Positions 59,798 through 64,000 of a stretch of DNA of 64,000 nucleotides are shown here, piece after piece. The notes beneath the pieces were generated by a model. It made no database searches. It had not been told where the DNA came from and was given only the letters and a program-made list of their open reading frames with translations. Source of the stretch: Tubiluchus corallicola (Eukaryota; Animalia; Priapulida); assembly GCA_030141605.1 (NCBI GenBank), contig JAQGDQ010002369.1, forward strand, positions 744,001 to 808,000. The letters are read 5' to 3'. Within the stretch, counting starts at the first letter, position 1, and each line of letters opens with the position of its first letter. Made by a program: the position numbers and the translations under genes.

Positions 59798-61228
59798 ATG
59801 GTGATTCCGCCGATACGTCCTGGAAGGGTGATTGTTCCCAATTTCTCGGTTTGGAACTCATCTCCAAGAGCAGTAAAGGTCGCTTCACTGATCAATACAG
59901 GCTTTTGCGCCTTTTTCGTTTCCTGTTCCAAGCGGGAAGCTACATTCACAGTGTCTCCGATTGCAGTGTATTCCATTCTCTTTGTCGATCCGATATTTCC
60001 TACGACAGCAATCCCTGTATGAATTCCGATGCCCATCTCGATCCGTGGTTTTCCCTCGGCTTCCCAACGGTCGCAAAGACTTTTTAGCCTCTCCTGCATT
60101 TCCAAAGCTGCTAGGACGGCATTTCTCTCCTGGACCGGATCCTCTAGGGGAGATCCGAACTCTACCATCACACCATCTCCTGTGAACTTGTCTAGTGTCC
60201 CGTTATTTTTAAACACGATATCAATCATCTCTTCAAAGAACTCATTCAATAAAGCGACGATCTGCTCCGGAGGTAATTTCTCCGCCAGATAGGTAAATTG
60301 CCGGATATCAGAAAAGAGAACGGTGATTTTTTTTCGCTCTCCTTCGAACTTGGTCGGAGTATCGGAGTGCATGATTTTTTCAAGGACATGTTGAGAGACA
60401 TAACGGGAAAAATTCATCTTCATCCGGTCTCTTTCTTTCAGCCCCTTGGTCATTTGGTTGATCCGGGCTGAAAGATCGGCAAACTCATCTGAAGCATCCA
60501 ATTCGATTTTCTGCTCTAAGTCCCCTTTTCCAATCTCTTCAACAGTACGATATATTTTGTGCAAGGAATAGGTCGCCGTCTTCGACATAAAATACGCAAC
60601 TGTCAAAGCCAAGATCAGAGAAGCCAACAGAGCCGTTAGCCCAAACCAAATAAGCTGATTCAGTTGGAGGTTCACATCGGTGGCATAAATATCCACTCCG
60701 AGTGTCCCTACATATTGCCCATGGGTGTCATAAATAGGAGCAAAACCAGTCAGCCAGGAGCCGAACTGATCCTTTAAAAACTTTTTAGGGGCGTATTCTT
60801 CATGAAGATGCTGCAGGACAGACTTCAGCACAGGCTGGGCATTGATTTGACCGACATGAGACACACTTTCAGGACGGATGGAAGCATCGACAACTGATTC
60901 AAGGTTCTCGGGATGGGTCTTGGAAGGACGTAGAATGAACATGTATTTGACATAGACATCATCTCTTCTATTGGCAGATCTTGCTCTTCTTAGTTCATTT
61001 CTGAGTTTGATGTAAGCTGGAGAGGATTCATCCTGCCGGGTCTGAATGGTAGGGACTAGGTTCCCATCGATCAATACTGCCGTCGTAGCCGCAATCGACT
61101 TGACCTTGCTTCTCAACTCGTCGAGAAGTTGTCTTCTCGTCTCAAAATACACGATCGCAAGCGCCAGTAGTACGCTTTACTGCGGCGATAGAAACAAAAG
61201 CGATGTATAATTTTGTGCCGTATTTCAT
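59767..61228 (-). CDS. Membrane-bound class III adenylate/guanylate cyclase with sensor and HAMP domains (5' frameshift)
   Basis: LFSDIR.FT, DKF.GD, GIH.G..VGN.G, YT.IGD.VN.ASRLE and a HAMP segment DE...L...N.M. Confidence 0.9.
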
Positions 61229-61304
61229 ACAGGTCCAGAGGGTGCCCCTCTTCGGAACCATATCCACGGAACCTCTTTTATGCAAGCGGGCTGCCTAATA
61301 GACC

Positions 61305-62720
61305 TCAGGCGCCGACGGCCGCCCACTGAAGACGTGCTACGAAATCGGTATCATATTCCTGGGTGGCCTCTGGGAGAATTTCTCGAAGCTGCACTCGAGC
61401 CCTTTGATCTGAAAATTCCTGGAATTTTGTAAAGGTAGGAGTCGGAAGCTCTTTCATCAGCCATAATAGAATTGCATCATAGGTACAGGTTCCCCATGTC
61501 TGCAGATAGTGGCGGTCTCCTTCTATCCGTTTTCCCCCGTTTCTGACAAAATAACGATCGATAAATTCTAACACCGAGCCCATGTCTTCCACTTCATTGG
61601 TTGATGAAAAACGGACCATCGATCTGAGGAAGAGAGGGTCAGTCATCGCCTCGAGAGTGATATTTTCATAATCGACAGAATGGAACTGTCCATCCCAAAA
61701 GATAGCTTTCAAATGAGACATAAGCCCGTTATTGAAATTAGCTCCATCGCCGGTATTCAATATCTCGAACCGATACCTTTTTTCACCAAAGAAATTCGTG
61801 TAACAACCTATTTTATAAATGACAGCGTGTCCCGATTTTTGGTACTGAAATCCCCCGGGAATGATCATATCATCGCCTGGTTCTAAATGCCGGATCTTCT
61901 CTTCCCATCCATAAGCTACATTTCCTCTTCTCTCTTTGGCATAAATGTCATGATTTTCCGGTCTTTCAAACCATTCTGAAAAATGATGGGTGCTGTGCAT
62001 CAAACTAATGAATTCCATTTCTGTGGATGCCTTTGCCGTCTCTTTCAGTTGAGAGATAATCTTGTCAATACGAGGATGTTCCTCAGGAAGGAGAGCCTTT
62101 CGAAATTCTTTCAGATCTTTTTGGACACTTTTGAGAGTCCAGGCAAAATTACAGCCTGAAATTTTGTTTTTTTCGAGAGCTTGCAAGGTATGGGTGTCGG
62201 TTTTGCGAAAAAGGCGGAAACAACATTGGGTTACTTTCATGTTGGTAGAGTTCCGGGCTATCCTGCATAATTTATTATAAATCGATCTTCCCTGGAGACC
62301 AATCTTATTCATAAATCCTGAATACCAGAAGTCTCCATACGTAATCCTCTCGTAGAGCCTCTGATACGGCTCTTCCATCGCCCGAATCGATTGGATGGTG
62401 GCAAAGATTTCCTTTTCTTCTGAAGTGAGGCCAAATCCAAAAAACCCAAGAACTCTCTTCCAGATTGATTTGGACTGGCTGATGTGATCAGCCAAAGATT
62501 TCAAAGACCCGGTCAATTCACTGTACGTTTCAACCCGGCCAAACAGGCTGTATTCAGATCCTTTCTCGTATTTTCTGGCATAGGAAAGAGCCTGATGACA
62601 AATTTCTTGAATTGCATCAATATTTTTTTGATCGGGGTTGAGCTCTTGCCGCCCGTCCCAATCGGATGCTCTTTGTTGAATTTGAGCAGAGTAGTTTCTA
62701 ACTTCCTCTCGAATATGCAC
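61305..62720 (-). CDS. Hypothetical protein, candidate cysteine-protease effector
   Basis: PGG...GHAV.Y, NTG.G and Q..GTC motifs. Confidence 0.65.
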   Translation of the reverse strand: MHIREEVRNYSAQIQQRASDWDGRQELNPDQKNIDAIQEICHQALSYARKYEKGSEYSLFGRVETYSELTGSLKSLADHISQSKSIWKRVLGFFGFGLTSEEKEIFATIQSIRAMEEPYQRLYERITYGDFWYSGFMNKIGLQGRSIYNKLCRIARNSTNMKVTQCCFRLFRKTDTHTLQALEKNKISGCNFAWTLKSVQKDLKEFRKALLPEEHPRIDKIISQLKETAKASTEMEFISLMHSTHHFSEWFERPENHDIYAKERRGNVAYGWEEKIRHLEPGDDMIIPGGFQYQKSGHAVIYKIGCYTNFFGEKRYRFEILNTGDGANFNNGLMSHLKAIFWDGQFHSVDYENITLEAMTDPLFLRSMVRFSSTNEVEDMGSVLEFIDRYFVRNGGKRIEGDRHYLQTWGTCTYDAILLWLMKELPTPTFTKFQEFSDQRARVQLREILPEATQEYDTDFVARLQWAAVGA

Positions 62721-62844
62721 TCATAGCCCTTATTGTTTATCGGCCACCAATTATACCCACATCTCATTAATGAACAGTTAAGAAATTTCATTTCAAAAAG
62801 TTTTTTAAAACATTAAAAGTTTATTTGTGTTTTTCTTTTAAATT

Positions 62845-64000
62845 ATGAGTTTAATATATTTTTTCCTTTAAAACAGAGGCTAAATATTCATAAGAGTATC
62901 TTCTGCTTCAGCTTTGTTTTTCTCCTATCATTCTGCCATGCCACGACCTATCGCGCTTTGGCCGATCCTGACTTTTCTCCCTACATTGGATCCGAGGATT
63001 TGATCACAGCTCATGCTATCGTGCAAGCTTCTGAATATCCTCTTCGCAAAACATTTTCTAGTACCCGTTGGTGGAACTTTTTTCCAAGGACCATTGAACT
63101 CATCTGTTTTTGGTGGCCTCTGAATGAAGCAACGATGGTCGTTCAGCATGAAGTTTTCGGACACGGATATAGAATCCGAAGCCTTGATTCAAAGCTCGCC
63201 AAAGTTTCAGGATATGAATTCAATTGGCCTTTTCCGTATGGGAAAGGAGGTGGAGGTACTTCTTTTCAATTCGATGATCGGAATATGAGTACCTCCCGAC
63301 TTCTCGCTATCGATATAGCTGGAATGGAAGCAACAGCGATCCTTTCCAATCGGATACGTTTTAAGTGGCTGGAAAATGGAAGAGTCAATCCTTTGATTGC
63401 CTCGCTTTATAATGATTCCCATCACGACTTGACCTTCTATGTGCTCTCCTTAAAAGACGACTCCAAAATCGATGAGGGTCATGATGTCGATTCCTATATT
63501 CTTCTTCTCAATGCAACCTATTCTTTTACTCATCTCAGCAAATCAACATTGAAGAAAAGAGCGCTCATCAACTTCATCGATCCCTTTACTCTTTATGCAC
63601 TTTGGGCGCAGATTCGCTATCTCGCACGAGGAAAAGATACCCGCCTTCATGGGATCCCTATTTATGCCTATGAATATCTACCTTCTGTTCGTTTGGGCCT
63701 CACGCCTTTCGGACCTGAATATTTTTTAGAGAGTTTTCTCTGGAAAGATCATCGTCCTGTTTATTTCTATCTGAAATGGGGAAAACATGGAAAAAATCAA
63801 TACTGGGGCCTTGGTGTGGAAATGGACGAACTTTTTAAAGAAGACTTCTATTCTTTTGGATTCCGATTTGATGGTTGGTACCAACCCAAAATATTGGTCT
63901 CCCCCGGTCCCGTCCCCACCATCGATGTTCTCGAGACCCAGCCTGACTTACTCTCTCCTGGATATCCCGAAAACGTCCTAACACAAAAAAGGGCAGGAAT
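62845..64000 (+). CDS. Exported hypothetical protein with HExxGH motif (runs off the window end)
   Basis: Frame open from about 62850 to 64000 (FVFLLSFCHA...QHEVFGHGYR...LTPFGPEY); the ATG at 62845 needs one extra base to be in frame. Confidence 0.65.

Overview
This 64-kb window is bacterial chromosome, most likely from an environmental Chlamydiota (non-Chlamydiaceae) genome. That call rests on the chlamydial smpB-dnaN-recF order without an adjacent dnaA, a Lys/Arg-repeat histone-like protein, inverse-autotransporter beta-barrels, DUF2608 and Inc-like proteins. The window holds housekeeping genes (sua5, rarA, smpB, dnaN, recF, pgi, trmB, upp) and three tRNAs (Pro-TGG, Leu-TAG, Leu-CAG). It also has a complete GlcNAc uptake and catabolism operon, a split LigD NHEJ locus, many transporters and hydrolases, and lineage-specific candidate effectors. 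About 15 genes are broken by small indels, probably long-read errors. The most notable observations are an SH2-domain protein co-oriented with TPR and histidine-phosphatase genes, a plant/nematode-like phosphoethanolamine methyltransferase domain, and a candidate His-Asn-Gln-Cys cysteine protease/deubiquitinase effector. Also notable are a Ile/Leu/Val-rich leader peptide with terminator before brnQ, a Ni-SOD-like protein lacking the Ni-hook, a 2H phosphoesterase islet flanked by ~100-bp direct repeats, and related palindromic elements after both tRNA-Leu genes. No CRISPR array, integrase or transposase was seen. All family calls are from motif recognition by eye; no database searches were run.
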